A stretch of 64,000 nucleotides of DNA from Alphaproteobacteria bacterium (GCA_009779135.1 WREW01000002.1:78953-142952), one strand, 5' to 3'; positions 9,589 through 19,983 are shown, counted from the stretch's first letter. Made by a program: numbers and translations. The notes: generated by a model from the sequence alone, not told the origin.

Positions 9589-10674
9589 ATGACATCCTTA
9601 CGCACACTCCGCCTTGCTGCGGCTACGATCGCGCTTTTGGCGCCTCTTTCCGCGCATGCGGCTGTTCCCGATGGCTGGTATCTCGGCGCCAACGGGAATC
9701 TTGGTTTTCAAAACACGGCTGACAGCAAGCTGGATGGCGAAACCAACAAGGTCGGCTTTAGAACAGGCTGGGGTGTCGGCGGTTATGGCGGCTACGGTCT
9801 GGGCAACGGCATCCGCGTAGAGGGTGAAGTCGCTTACCGCAATTCGCAAGTTAACAAGGTTACGGGCGTAGGTGCCGGTACAGCCGGTGGCGGTATCCGC
9901 AACACAGCCCTGATGGGCAATGCGCTGTATGAGTATGATACGCGCACACGCATTACGCCCTATATCGGCGCCGGTGCTGGTGTTTCCTTTGTGAAGGCGA
10001 ACAACATGCGCACCATCAATACGGCTGAGATTCGCAGCAAAAAAACAGCTTTTGCCTATCAAGGGATTGCCGGTTTTGCTCTCAATCTTGAAGGCGGATG
10101 GGACTTTACGGCTGATTACCGCTATTTCGCCACGCCTGACGTGAAGTTCAAGGCCGACACGGGCGGACGGGCGACAACGGAGAACTCATCGCACAATTTG
10201 ATGCTCGGCATTCGCTATGTCTTTGACCGGCCCAGAGCGCCTGAGCCACGGGTGGAGGAACCTGTTCCTATGCCACCGCCGCCTCCGGCTGTGACTATGC
10301 CTGTGCCTCAACCGGTGATGGCACCGGCTGTTGCGCCGATTCCGCAGAATTACATGGTCTTTTTTGACTTTGACAAATCCGTTATCACGGCTGAGGCCGA
10401 GCGGATTATCGCCTCTGCGGCTGAAAGCTTCCGTGCCGGTAACTATGTCCGCCTGATTGTAACGGGGCACACGGATACGATGGGCACGGCCAGATATAAC
10501 CAAGCTCTTTCCGAGCGCCGTGCTGCTGCCGTCAAGGCCGCTTTCATACGCCACGGCATTCCGGCGAGCGATATTACACCCAGAGGTGTCGGAAAGAACG
10601 AACTTATGATCCCGACAGCCGATCAAGTGCGTGAAGCTCAAAACCGCCGCGCTGAAATCGTGATGCAAAGGTAG
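9589..10674 (+). CDS. OmpA-family outer membrane protein (beta-barrel plus Pro-rich linker plus OmpA C-terminal domain)
   Basis: signal peptide; Gly-rich beta-barrel N-terminal half; PPPP linker; OmpA peptidoglycan-binding motif NQALSERRA...RRAEIV. Confidence 0.8.
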   Translation: MTSLRTLRLAAATIALLAPLSAHAAVPDGWYLGANGNLGFQNTADSKLDGETNKVGFRTGWGVGGYGGYGLGNGIRVEGEVAYRNSQVNKVTGVGAGTAGGGIRNTALMGNALYEYDTRTRITPYIGAGAGVSFVKANNMRTINTAEIRSKKTAFAYQGIAGFALNLEGGWDFTADYRYFATPDVKFKADTGGRATTENSSHNLMLGIRYVFDRPRAPEPRVEEPVPMPPPPPAVTMPVPQPVMAPAVAPIPQNYMVFFDFDKSVITAEAERIIASAAESFRAGNYVRLIVTGHTDTMGTARYNQALSERRAAAVKAAFIRHGIPASDITPRGVGKNELMIPTADQVREAQNRRAEIVMQR

Positions 10675-10689
10675 ATTTTCGCAAAACGA

Positions 10690-10727
10690 AAAACGCCGCT
10701 CTGTCAAAAGAGCGGCGTTTTTTTTTG
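10690..10727 (+). terminator. rho-independent terminator
   Basis: aaaacgccgctct-gtcaaa-agagcggcg followed by a T9 run. Confidence 0.65.
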
Positions 10728-10825
10728 CCTTTTTACGGTAGAGCTTCTTGATTTTTCTTTAAAAATGAACAAACATAAAAGGAAGAAGGTTTGATTTAAA
10801 AGCCAATTTAAAGAAAGGAAATCTT

Positions 10826-11905
10826 ATGACCGACAAAACATGGGAAACGTTGTTTTTAGAAATGCGGGAAATTGCTGAACGGGGAAATGCCAAAGCGCAA
10901 TTTAATTTAGGTATCATGTATGCTACGGGTCAGGGCGTGAAACAGGATGATGCTCTGAACGTGAAATGGAATCGCAAGGCCGCCACGCAGGGATATTCCG
11001 ATGCGCAATTTAATTTAGGCTGCATGTATTTTGAAGGCCTTGGCGTAAAGCAAAACTCTGTTCAGGCCATGAAATGGTGGAATCGGGCGGCCAAGCAGGG
11101 ACATGCTGAAGCGCAGCACAATTTAGGAAATGCGTATGCCGAGGGCAAAGATGTAGCGCAAGATTACGGCAAGGCCGCAAAATTGTGGCTCAAAGCGGCT
11201 GAACAGGGCGTTGCTAACGCACAGGTCTCTTTAGGCGGGTGCTATGCCAGTGGTCAGGGTGTAGAGCAAAATTATGCGCATGCGGCAGCATGGTGGAGTC
11301 TGGCGGCTGAGCGAGGACATCCTGCCGCTCAATATCATTTCGGCATTTTGTATGCCAGCGGCCAAGGCGTGCCGCAAGACCAGCACAAGGCGATAAAATG
11401 GATGATTCGCGCTGCCGAGCAGGGGCATGCTGAAGCACAGGCTGTTTTGTTTTTGGAAACGCAAAAAGATGCCCTGCAAGGGATTGACGACGCACAATGT
11501 GCGGTAGGCATGATGTATGCTCAAGGCCAAGGCGTGGCGAAAGACGAAGCGCAGGCCATAGCGTGGTGGCTCAAGGCCGCCGCGCAGGGAAATGCCGAAG
11601 CGCAATTTAATTTAGGCGGCAGCTATGCCAAAGGCTTTGGCGTGGAGCAAGACGACATCGAGGCAAAGAAATGGTTCCTTCAAGCTGCCGAGCAGGGACA
11701 TGGTGACGCGCAAGTTAATTTGGGTTTGATGTATATTCATGGTCGCGGCGGCCCGCAAGACGTACCTCAAGCCATGGATTGGTGGATCAAGGCTGCCGCG
11801 CAAGACCATCCTGTCGCGCTGAGCCTTATAAACAACCTTTTACATGCGCAACGTCCCGACTACGAACCCGATCAAAGCAAAGAATCTGATCTGCGCTACA
11901 ATTAA
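10826..11905 (+). CDS. Sel1-repeat (TPR-like) protein
   Basis: ~9 tandem 36-aa Sel1 repeats (AxxWxxKAAEQGxAxAQxNLGxMY); C-terminal tail RPDYEPDQSKESDLRYN. Confidence 0.8.
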   Translation: MTDKTWETLFLEMREIAERGNAKAQFNLGIMYATGQGVKQDDALNVKWNRKAATQGYSDAQFNLGCMYFEGLGVKQNSVQAMKWWNRAAKQGHAEAQHNLGNAYAEGKDVAQDYGKAAKLWLKAAEQGVANAQVSLGGCYASGQGVEQNYAHAAAWWSLAAERGHPAAQYHFGILYASGQGVPQDQHKAIKWMIRAAEQGHAEAQAVLFLETQKDALQGIDDAQCAVGMMYAQGQGVAKDEAQAIAWWLKAAAQGNAEAQFNLGGSYAKGFGVEQDDIEAKKWFLQAAEQGHGDAQVNLGLMYIHGRGGPQDVPQAMDWWIKAAAQDHPVALSLINNLLHAQRPDYEPDQSKESDLRYN

Positions 11906-12004
11906 GTCCTTCTTTAGAATAGGGGATTGTGGGGGTTTTCGGTTCTTTTGCTATCGTAAGGCGTGTGGTAGTCTAGTACAGACAATTTAAAGAAAGGAAA
12001 TCTT

Positions 12005-13303
12005 ATGACCGACAAAACAGAGAAAGAGCTGTTTTTAGAAACACAGAAAGCTGCCAAGCAGGGCGATGTTGAGGCGAAGTACAATTTAGGATACATGTAT
12101 TTTGCGGGTTATGGTGTGGAGCAAAACAGACCGACGGCTGTGAAATGGTGGCTTGAAGCGGCTGAACATGGAAATCATGCGATTGCACAACACAGCTTAG
12201 GTGTTGCCTATGATCGGGGCTATGGAGTACCGCAAGATCAAGAGCGGGCGCTGAAATGGTGGCTTTCGTCTGCTGAACAGGGATATGCGGATGCGCAATA
12301 TGCTGTTGGCTACGCATATATAAATGGGCTTGGCGTGAAACAGGATGATACTTTGGCTGTGAAATGGTATAGCAAGGCTGCTGAACAAGGATTTGCGGCG
12401 GCGCAATATGGTTTAGGCCGTATGTATTTTGAAGGCCGCGGCGTAAAGCAAGACGCTGCTCAGGCTGTGAAATTGTGGAGTCTGGCGGCCGAGCAAGGAT
12501 ATGATGATGCGCAAGTCACTTTAGGAAATGCATATGTCAAGGGCAGCGGCGTGAAAATAGATTACGACAAGGCCGTAAAATGGTGGCTTAAGTCTGCTGA
12601 GCAGGGAAACGTGAAATCACAGTTTTTGGTAGGCACTAGCTTTGTCACTGGTATGGGGGTGGAGCAAAATTATGCGCAGGCGGCAGTATGGTGGAGTTTG
12701 GCGGCTGAGCAGGGACATCCTTCTGCGCAATATGGTTTGGGTACTTTGTATGCCGATGGCCTTGGCGTACCGCAAGATAATCAGAAGGCGAGAAACTGGT
12801 GGGTTGCCGCTGCCGAGCAAGGGCATGTCGAAGCTCAGGAAGCTTTATTTTTGGAAGCACAAGATGACGCCATGAAGGGGATTGATGGCGCACAACATAC
12901 TTTGGGCTTGATGTACTACAGAGGCCAAGGCGTAGAAAAAGACGATGTTCAGGCCGTAGCGTGGTGGCACAAGGCTGCCGCGCAGGGACATGTCGAAGCG
13001 CAGCTTTGTTTAGGCGGCTGCTATGCCATGGGTCAGGGCGTGGCACAAGATAATGTCGAGGCCGCAAAATGGTTTCGCAAGGCGGCGGAACAGGGACATG
13101 ATCAAGGGCAGTATAATCTAGGCTTGATGTATATAAGTGGTCTGGGCGTGCCGCAAGATCCAAGCCAAGCCTTGGCTTGGCTGAACAAGGCTGCCGCGCA
13201 AAATAATGTTGACGCGCGGTTTTTTGTAAACAAGCTTTCAAATCCGTCACGGCCTGATTACGAGCCCGATCAAGGCAAAGAATCTGATCTGCGCTACAAT
13301 TAA
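12005..13303 (+). CDS. Sel1-repeat protein (tandem paralog of 10826..11905)
   Basis: same repeat architecture; identical 5' leader and near-identical C-terminal tail RPDYEPDQGKESDLRYN; conserved 3' flank. Confidence 0.8.
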   Translation: MTDKTEKELFLETQKAAKQGDVEAKYNLGYMYFAGYGVEQNRPTAVKWWLEAAEHGNHAIAQHSLGVAYDRGYGVPQDQERALKWWLSSAEQGYADAQYAVGYAYINGLGVKQDDTLAVKWYSKAAEQGFAAAQYGLGRMYFEGRGVKQDAAQAVKLWSLAAEQGYDDAQVTLGNAYVKGSGVKIDYDKAVKWWLKSAEQGNVKSQFLVGTSFVTGMGVEQNYAQAAVWWSLAAEQGHPSAQYGLGTLYADGLGVPQDNQKARNWWVAAAEQGHVEAQEALFLEAQDDAMKGIDGAQHTLGLMYYRGQGVEKDDVQAVAWWHKAAAQGHVEAQLCLGGCYAMGQGVAQDNVEAAKWFRKAAEQGHDQGQYNLGLMYISGLGVPQDPSQALAWLNKAAAQNNVDARFFVNKLSNPSRPDYEPDQGKESDLRYN

Positions 13304-13407
13304 GTCCTTCTTTAGAATAGGGACTTGCGGGGTTTTTCGGCTCTTTTGCTATCGCAAGGCGTGTGGTAGCTTTTATTTGTGAGATTCTTTTTTTGCTGCG
13401 GTCGCTT

Positions 13408-14094
13408 ATGTCCTTGTCTTATCGCCTGCATCATCATCCTCTTGATCCTGCTTCGCGGCGGGTGCGGTTGGCGATGGCCGAAAAGAAAATCCCCTTTGAA
13501 GCCATCGTTGAAAAACCATGGGATCCTCGGCCTGCTTTTTTGCAGCTTTCGCCGGACGGTGATGTGCCGGTTTTGGTTATCGAGGGCGCTCAGGACTCTT
13601 TCGTGCTGGCAAGCTCCAACGCTATTTGTGAATATTTTGAGGAAACAAGTGAAGCTCCCTCTTTGCTTGGCTCTGATGCGGCCACGCATGCCGAAGTGCG
13701 GCGGCTTGTTCACTGGTTTGAAGTTAAAATGTATCTGCAATGCACTGCGCTTATTCTCGGGGAAAAAGCCTATAAGCGCCTTGAGGGGCGCGGCGAGCCT
13801 GACAGTCATATTCTGCGCGCGGGTCACCACAATATTCACGGCCATCTTGAATATATCACATGGCTGACAGAGCAGCGCAACTGGCTTGCGGGGGATGCGA
13901 TAACTCTGGCTGATCTCGCCGCTGCCGCGCAGCTTTCTTGCATTGACTATGTCAATGACGTGCCTTGGGATCGCCATGTTCAGGCCAAGGAATGGTATGC
14001 GCGCATTAAATCGCGGCCTTGCTTCCGGTCTCTTCTCGGCGACCATGTTGCGGGGCTTATGCCACCCAAAAGTTACGCTGATCTTGACTTTTAA
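13408..14094 (+). CDS. glutathione S-transferase
   Basis: thioredoxin-like N-terminal domain (LHHHPLDPASRRVRLAMAEKKIPFE) and alpha-helical GST C-terminal domain. Confidence 0.75.
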   Translation: MSLSYRLHHHPLDPASRRVRLAMAEKKIPFEAIVEKPWDPRPAFLQLSPDGDVPVLVIEGAQDSFVLASSNAICEYFEETSEAPSLLGSDAATHAEVRRLVHWFEVKMYLQCTALILGEKAYKRLEGRGEPDSHILRAGHHNIHGHLEYITWLTEQRNWLAGDAITLADLAAAAQLSCIDYVNDVPWDRHVQAKEWYARIKSRPCFRSLLGDHVAGLMPPKSYADLDF

Positions 14095-14110
14095 CGAAAG
14101 GACTCTTGTC

Positions 14111-14833
14111 ATGACTTGTCGTCTTGTTCCTGCTTTGCTTTTTGTCTTCAGCCTTGTTTGCGTTTCTGCGCAGGCGCGGGATATCAGGCCCGATGATATT
14201 GTTTCTTTCGAACTTACCAAGGAAAGCTGGGTTTCAACCAAATCCGCGCTTGTGACTTTGGCTGTCAATGCTGCTGTCAGCGGCAATGATGCCGGTTCGA
14301 TGCGCAAAAACATGACGACGGCGATCAATAATGTCGTCAAGGCTGACTGGCGCTTGATCTCGTTTAACCGCAATCAGGATAATACGGGTCTGGAAAGATG
14401 GTTTGTCACTTATGAAGCGCGGCTTGAGGAAAGCGCTTTGAACTCTCTTGGCGAAAAGGCGCGCGGGGCCAGCAAGGCGGGCATGCAGATCACGGTGCAA
14501 AACATAGATTTCAGCCCTACTTTGGAAGAGCGTGAAGCTGCCAAGGCTGCCTTGCGTACCGCGATTTACAAAAGCGCCAAAGAACAGCTGGAGTTGTTAA
14601 ACTCTACTATTCCAGGACGCAATTATCGTATCTCCGCGATTAATTTTTCAGGCAGCGCAATGCCTATGATTGCCAACAAGATGATGATGGCGCGCGGGCC
14701 TATGGCCGTGATGGCTGCCGACAGCGGAAACTTTGCAGACCGCGCGCAGGCTCAGGAATCTATGGAGCGTTCAGAAAAGCTTGTCCTGCAAGCACAGATT
14801 CTTTTTGCCGCTTTGCCGCCTGAGTCAAAATAA
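14111..14833 (+). CDS. hypothetical periplasmic protein
   Basis: signal peptide MTCRLVPALLFVFSLVCVSAQA; no confidently recognised domain. Confidence 0.5.
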   Translation: MTCRLVPALLFVFSLVCVSAQARDIRPDDIVSFELTKESWVSTKSALVTLAVNAAVSGNDAGSMRKNMTTAINNVVKADWRLISFNRNQDNTGLERWFVTYEARLEESALNSLGEKARGASKAGMQITVQNIDFSPTLEEREAAKAALRTAIYKSAKEQLELLNSTIPGRNYRISAINFSGSAMPMIANKMMMARGPMAVMAADSGNFADRAQAQESMERSEKLVLQAQILFAALPPESK

Positions 14834-14846
14834 GAAAGGGTTGTCC

Positions 14847-15491
14847 ATGCTGACTGATGTTGTTTTAGAGCCTCTTGGCGGGCAAGAGGCCACGCGCGCT
14901 GTTATTATCCTTCATGGTCTTGGCGATAATGGTCAGGGCATTATGGGGCTTGGCGAGATGATGCGGATGGCCATGCCCAATACGGTTTTTCTTGCGCCGA
15001 ATGCGCCTTTTCCGTGCCCTTATGTGCCGGGCGGGTATCAGTGGTTTTCATCTGAGGATTGGACGCCGCATATCATATTGCAAGGCGCGCAAAAGGCAGC
15101 CGCGCCTTTGAATGAATATATCGATCATATTCTTGAGACGCGTAAACTTGCGCCCTCGCAAGTGGCGCTGGTCGGATTTTCTCAAGGCACGATGATGAGT
15201 CTTTACGTCGCCCCGCGCCGCGCAGAGGCTTTGGCGGGTGTGCTTGGCTATTCCGGTGCTTTAATCGGCGGGACTTCGCTGGCGCAGGAGAAAAAATCCG
15301 CGCCGCCTGTTCTTTTGATTCACGGCACAAGTGATGAAGTCGTTCCTTTCAAGGCTATGAACAACGCGCTCGAAGGGCTGAAAGCCGCAGGAATCGAAGC
15401 CAGCGCAATGGCATGTCCGGGCCTTGGGCATACGGTTGACAATGATGGGCTGCGGCAGGGGGTGGCGTTTTTGAAGAGGGTTTTGGGGTAG
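14847..15491 (+). CDS. alpha/beta hydrolase, phospholipase/carboxylesterase family
   Basis: ILHGLGDNG ... GFSQGTMMS (GxSxG nucleophile elbow) ... IHGTSDEVVP ... GHTV catalytic His. Confidence 0.7.
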   Translation: MLTDVVLEPLGGQEATRAVIILHGLGDNGQGIMGLGEMMRMAMPNTVFLAPNAPFPCPYVPGGYQWFSSEDWTPHIILQGAQKAAAPLNEYIDHILETRKLAPSQVALVGFSQGTMMSLYVAPRRAEALAGVLGYSGALIGGTSLAQEKKSAPPVLLIHGTSDEVVPFKAMNNALEGLKAAGIEASAMACPGLGHTVDNDGLRQGVAFLKRVLG

Positions 15492-15495
15492 GGGG

Positions 15496-17364
15496 ATGAC
15501 AAACAAAAAAATTATTGCGCTCTGCGACAAGTTTTTCTCGTTCGTGGCCGAGGTTTTTACACCCGTGGGCTATTTTTGCTTTCTCGTGGTTTATCTTTTT
15601 GTGCTCGCGGTTATGATTCTTTTGCTCGGGATTGTGCTTTCGAGTTTGGCGCTTGACCTCAACAACAAGGTGCCATTCCTGCCTGTTAAAATACAAAAAA
15701 CTCTTGAGGAAGGACGTACTGCCGTACCTGTCATTTTCGGCAATATGTATCTGGAAGGTTCTATCGTACCGCAAGACGATGCCATGGCGGTGAAACTGTT
15801 TCATATGGCGGCTAAGCTGGGGCATGTTGATTCACAAATCTTTTTAGGCATAAGGTATTATAACGGCGAAGGCGTGCCGCAAGACTACGCTCAGGCGGCA
15901 GAATGGTATCTCAAAGCGGCTGAACAGGAATGTGCTGACAAGCATAATATATGCGCTAGTTTGCCGATCAAGTTAGGCGAGATGTATTATGACGGCAAAG
16001 GCGTGCCGCAAGATTACGGTCAGGCGGCAAAATGGTATCTCAAAGCGGCTGAACAGGAATGTACTGACAATCATGACGAGGAATGTACTAATCTGCTGAC
16101 CAGATTAGGCGATATGTATGCCAAGGGCCTCGGCGTGCCGCAAGATGATGCTCAGGCTGCAGCATGGGTGCGCAAGGCGACTGAGCCGGCGGAACGGTTG
16201 CGCAAGGCGGCTGAAGAGGAGGCGGAACGATTGCGCAAGAAGGCTGAGGAGGGAAATGCTGACGCGCAGTACCGTTTAGGCAGTATGTATGCGGAAGGGC
16301 GCGGCGTGCCGAAAGACGAAGTTCAGGCGGCGGCATGGTATCACAAGGCCGCTGAGGGGGGACATGCTCTTGCACAGATCACCTTAGGCGAGATGTATCT
16401 AAAAGGTTTTATCGTACCGAAAGACGAAGCCATGGCGGTAGAGATGTTTCGCAAGGCAGCTGAGCAGGGGAGGACGCATATACAAATCAGATTAGGCAAG
16501 ATGTATTATTATGGCAAAGGCGTGCCGCAAGACTACGTTCAGGCGGCAGCATGGTATCGCAAGGCGGCTGAGCAGGGGAAGGAGGAGGCACAAATCAGAT
16601 TAGGCGATATGTATGCTGAGGGCCTCGGCGTGCCGCAAGATTACGAGCAGGCGGAAGAATGGTATAGCAAGGCAGCTGAGCAGGAGGAGGATGGGTGGGT
16701 ACAAATCAGGATAGGCGATATGTATGCTACTAAGGGCCGCAACGTGCCGCCAGACTATGTTCGGGCGGTGGCATGGTATCGCAAAGCGGCTGAGCAGGGA
16801 GAAGATCTGGCACAAATCAGGCTAGGCGATATGTATGCTAAGGGCCTCGGTGTGCCGCAAGACTACGAGCAGGCGTCAGCATGGTATCGCAAGGCGGCTG
16901 AGGCGGGAGATTCTTATGGAAAGTACAAGCTAGCCGTTATGTATGTTACAGGCCGTGGTATGCCGCAAGACAAAGCTCAGGCGGCAGTGTTCTATTACAA
17001 AATAGCTGAAGAGTGGGTGCATGAGGAAAACTTCTCTCAAGGCGATCGGTATTATTATGGCCACCGCGATATGCCGCCAGATCACGTTCAGGCGGCGGTA
17101 TGGTATCGCAAGGCTGCTGAGGCGGGACATGCTCTTGCGCAGATCATGTTAGGCAACATGTATGCTGAAGGCCTCGGCGTTCCACAAGATGAAGCTCAGG
17201 CGGAGGCATGGCGCAGCAAGGGTTGCGAGGGATTGCGTAAGGGTGACGACTCGCCGGATAAACTCTTTGTACTTGGTTACAAATCTCGTGTCGTTCGAGA
17301 TCCTGACCTTCGCACCATTATAATTCCTTCTTTTGAAATGCGCGAGAAGTACTGTAGCCCGTAG
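15496..17364 (+). CDS. membrane-anchored Sel1-repeat protein
   Basis: N-terminal transmembrane helix; more than 12 Sel1 repeats; central charged coiled coil ERLRKAAEEEAERLRKKAEE. Confidence 0.75.
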   Translation: MTNKKIIALCDKFFSFVAEVFTPVGYFCFLVVYLFVLAVMILLLGIVLSSLALDLNNKVPFLPVKIQKTLEEGRTAVPVIFGNMYLEGSIVPQDDAMAVKLFHMAAKLGHVDSQIFLGIRYYNGEGVPQDYAQAAEWYLKAAEQECADKHNICASLPIKLGEMYYDGKGVPQDYGQAAKWYLKAAEQECTDNHDEECTNLLTRLGDMYAKGLGVPQDDAQAAAWVRKATEPAERLRKAAEEEAERLRKKAEEGNADAQYRLGSMYAEGRGVPKDEVQAAAWYHKAAEGGHALAQITLGEMYLKGFIVPKDEAMAVEMFRKAAEQGRTHIQIRLGKMYYYGKGVPQDYVQAAAWYRKAAEQGKEEAQIRLGDMYAEGLGVPQDYEQAEEWYSKAAEQEEDGWVQIRIGDMYATKGRNVPPDYVRAVAWYRKAAEQGEDLAQIRLGDMYAKGLGVPQDYEQASAWYRKAAEAGDSYGKYKLAVMYVTGRGMPQDKAQAAVFYYKIAEEWVHEENFSQGDRYYYGHRDMPPDHVQAAVWYRKAAEAGHALAQIMLGNMYAEGLGVPQDEAQAEAWRSKGCEGLRKGDDSPDKLFVLGYKSRVVRDPDLRTIIIPSFEMREKYCSP

Positions 17365-17402
17365 GGTTTTAGGTTAGACACATGACACAGGAAGGGAATC
17401 TT

Positions 17403-18305
17403 ATGCGTTACGTCTCACGCTTTATGCTTATGGTTGTGACTTTGTGTTTGCTGCCCGGGTATGCTGTTGCAGTGGAATCATCTTATTTGGAATCACAAAA
17501 AAAAGCTGCTGAGCAGGGCGATGCCATGGCACAGTTCAAGCTAGCAGATACATATTTTTCTGGTCGTGGCGGTGTGCCGGCAGACGAATCTCAAGCGGCG
17601 GTATGGTATCACAAAGCTGCCGATCAGGGGCTTGCTCTAGCACAATTCAAGTTAGGCTTTATGTATTTTGAGGGCCGCGGCGTGCCAAAAGACGAAGTTC
17701 AGGCGGCGAAATGGTATCGCAAAGCGGCTGAGCAGGGGTATCGGAAGGCACAGAACGAGTTAGGTCATATGTATTATTATGGCCGTGGCGTAGCGCAAGA
17801 CTACGTCAAGGCGGTGGAATGGTATCGCAAAGCAGCGGAGCAGGGATATAATCATACCAGATTAGGCCATATGTATGCTGAGGGCCTCGGCGTGCCGCAA
17901 GATGATGACCAGGCGGTGGCGTGGTATCTCAAAGGGCTTGAGAAGGCGAATGAAGACTCGATGTATGTTTTAGGAACTATGTATTATCATGGTACGCCTT
18001 CTAATGCTATGCATAATTATATTAACGGCAAAAATGCGCATACTGACAACGATGTGCGGAAAGACTATGCTAAAGCGGCAATATGGACTCGCAAGGCTGC
18101 TGAGCGGGGATATGCTCCTGCGCAGTTTAGATTAGCCCATATGTATGCTGATGGTCTTGGCGTTCCACAAGATGAAGCTCAGGCGGAAGCATGGCATAAC
18201 AAGGGCTGCGCCTTGTCGCGTGAATCCAGCGACCGTACAATTGTCAATAGTGGACGCGCTCACCAATGTGACAGGAATACACCTTGTTTGAAGCACCTGA
18301 GGTAA
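17403..18305 (+). CDS. secreted Sel1-repeat protein
   Basis: signal peptide; Sel1 repeats. Confidence 0.75.
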   Translation: MRYVSRFMLMVVTLCLLPGYAVAVESSYLESQKKAAEQGDAMAQFKLADTYFSGRGGVPADESQAAVWYHKAADQGLALAQFKLGFMYFEGRGVPKDEVQAAKWYRKAAEQGYRKAQNELGHMYYYGRGVAQDYVKAVEWYRKAAEQGYNHTRLGHMYAEGLGVPQDDDQAVAWYLKGLEKANEDSMYVLGTMYYHGTPSNAMHNYINGKNAHTDNDVRKDYAKAAIWTRKAAERGYAPAQFRLAHMYADGLGVPQDEAQAEAWHNKGCALSRESSDRTIVNSGRAHQCDRNTPCLKHLR

Positions 18306-18327
18306 ATGACACAGAGAAGGGAATCTT

Positions 18328-18840
18328 ATGCGTTACGTTTTCCTCCTTATGCTTGTAACTATGTGTTTTCTGTCTGGACGCGCTATTGCGCATCTTCCAT
18401 CCGGAGCGCAAGATTTTGATTTGAGTTTTGGGGTGCCGCAGGATGATGCTCAGGCGATGGAGTGGTGGCATAGATCTGCGGCGCGGAATGCTGGGGTGGA
18501 GAATCTTTTTGGGTGGGGAGCGTTGCCGGAAGATGATGTTCGGGCGGTGGCACGGTTGCGTAAGGCGGCTGATGAGGGGCAGGCCAGTGCGCAATTTCTT
18601 TTAGGCACGATGTATGCGGATGGTCGCGGAGTGCCGCAGGATGATGAGCTGGCGATTGTGTGGTGGAGCAAGGCTGCTGCCAAGGGCGATGCCGGCGCGC
18701 AGACTAATTTAGGTATAAGTTATTTTAATGGTCTCGGCATGCCGCAGGATCAGCAGAAGGGTTGCGACTTGTTGCGGGAAGCTGGTGAGCAGGGGTTTGC
18801 TCCTGCTGTTGGGATTTATGGGAGGCTTTGTAATCCATAG
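18328..18840 (+). CDS. small secreted Sel1-repeat protein
   Basis: signal peptide; 3-4 Sel1 repeats. Confidence 0.65.
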   Translation: MRYVFLLMLVTMCFLSGRAIAHLPSGAQDFDLSFGVPQDDAQAMEWWHRSAARNAGVENLFGWGALPEDDVRAVARLRKAADEGQASAQFLLGTMYADGRGVPQDDELAIVWWSKAAAKGDAGAQTNLGISYFNGLGMPQDQQKGCDLLREAGEQGFAPAVGIYGRLCNP

Positions 18841-18863
18841 AACATGGCGTTTTTCCCCTTTAT

Positions 18864-18966
18864 GTCATCCTCGGGCAACCGCAAAGCGGTTGAACCGGGG
18901 ATCTGACGTTAGCACCTAGCTTCAGATCCCCGGGCTCTTGCTTCGCAAGCCCCGAGGATGACAAGA
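18864..18966. repeat. family-2 palindromic miniature repeat (gtcatcctcgg ... ccgaggatgac), copy a
   Basis: ~100 bp imperfect palindrome; further copies at 38405 and 39394, plus a fragment at 55156. Confidence 0.7.
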
Positions 18967-18972
18967 GGAAGC

Positions 18973-19542
18973 TTAATGCAAAATCCTCCGCGCTGGCGGG
19001 AAGAAGGCCGTCCAGAAGGCGAAGATGCTTAGGGCAAGTGATAAGAAAATATTTCCGTTGGCGATGGTCATGCCGAAAAAGAGGGGCTCGCGGACATCGC
19101 AGGGGACAACTGGCGTGTTCATGATGGCGTTGCGGATGGATTCAACGCTTGCGTCCTGCGATGCGAAAAGATTTGGGTTAACGCCGCACAGGTCGGTTTG
19201 CGCCCACCAGTGGAACTCGACACCCGTGTGGTAGATAGCGATTCCGGTGTTAATCAAAAAAGCAGCCGCGCACAAAGCCAGAAAGAAGCGCCCGATTTTA
19301 TGGCGGCGATCCACACCGCTGTATGACGTCACTACATGCGCGACTATGGCAAGCGCCGTCAAAATAACCGCTACGGCAAAGGGAACACGCTGGTAAAGGC
19401 ACAGAGCGCAAGGCTGGACGGAAAAGAAAAATTGCAGGATATAGGCCGAAGCCATAGAAAGCGCGCTGGCCGTAAAGATCACCAGAGCGGCCCAAGGCAT
19501 CGAAAAGATTTTCCGGTAAAGATTAAGTATGATCCTGACCAT
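18973..19542 (-). CDS. dsbB: disulfide bond formation protein B-like
   Basis: 4-TM protein with the PCALCLYQR periplasmic-loop Cys pair motif. Confidence 0.65.
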   Translation of the reverse strand: MVRIILNLYRKIFSMPWAALVIFTASALSMASAYILQFFFSVQPCALCLYQRVPFAVAVILTALAIVAHVVTSYSGVDRRHKIGRFFLALCAAAFLINTGIAIYHTGVEFHWWAQTDLCGVNPNLFASQDASVESIRNAIMNTPVVPCDVREPLFFGMTIANGNIFLSLALSIFAFWTAFFPPARRILH

Positions 19543-19563
19543 CCTTTTCCCCCGACGCTGCCT

Positions 19564-19983
19564 TTATCCCATGTTGTAGGGCGAGCCGGAAGTGGAGGAC
19601 TCCGTGTCCTTGACCGTGAAAGGCTCACCACCCGACATGCTTTTCAGGCCGCAGGCCGCGCCGCCCGAGGCCGGTTTTGTGCCGCCGCAAGCGTGATCCT
19701 TATTCGGGAAAGTGGCAAAGGGGAAGGGCTTTTCGTCCGAGGCAAAGGTTAAAAAGCTCGTCACCTGCGCCTGATAGGTTGCCAGATTGGCGCCGAACGT
19801 GGCCAGACCGTCAAAGGATTTGCCGCTGAAAAGCTTGGCCAGAAACTGGAAAATAGAGACGGCAAAGGTCAGGATAATGGACAGGTAAAAGGCGAATCCG
19901 AAGACCACCAGATACACAAAACGGAGCCATGTATCTTTATCTTTTACGTTTTTTTTGATCTCTTCCTCGTTTAGCTCGCTCAT
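19564..19983 (-). CDS. hypothetical membrane protein
   Basis: 139 aa; two predicted TM helices; Gly/Cys-rich C-terminus. Confidence 0.45.
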   Translation of the reverse strand: MSELNEEEIKKNVKDKDTWLRFVYLVVFGFAFYLSIILTFAVSIFQFLAKLFSGKSFDGLATFGANLATYQAQVTSFLTFASDEKPFPFATFPNKDHACGGTKPASGGAACGLKSMSGGEPFTVKDTESSTSGSPYNMG

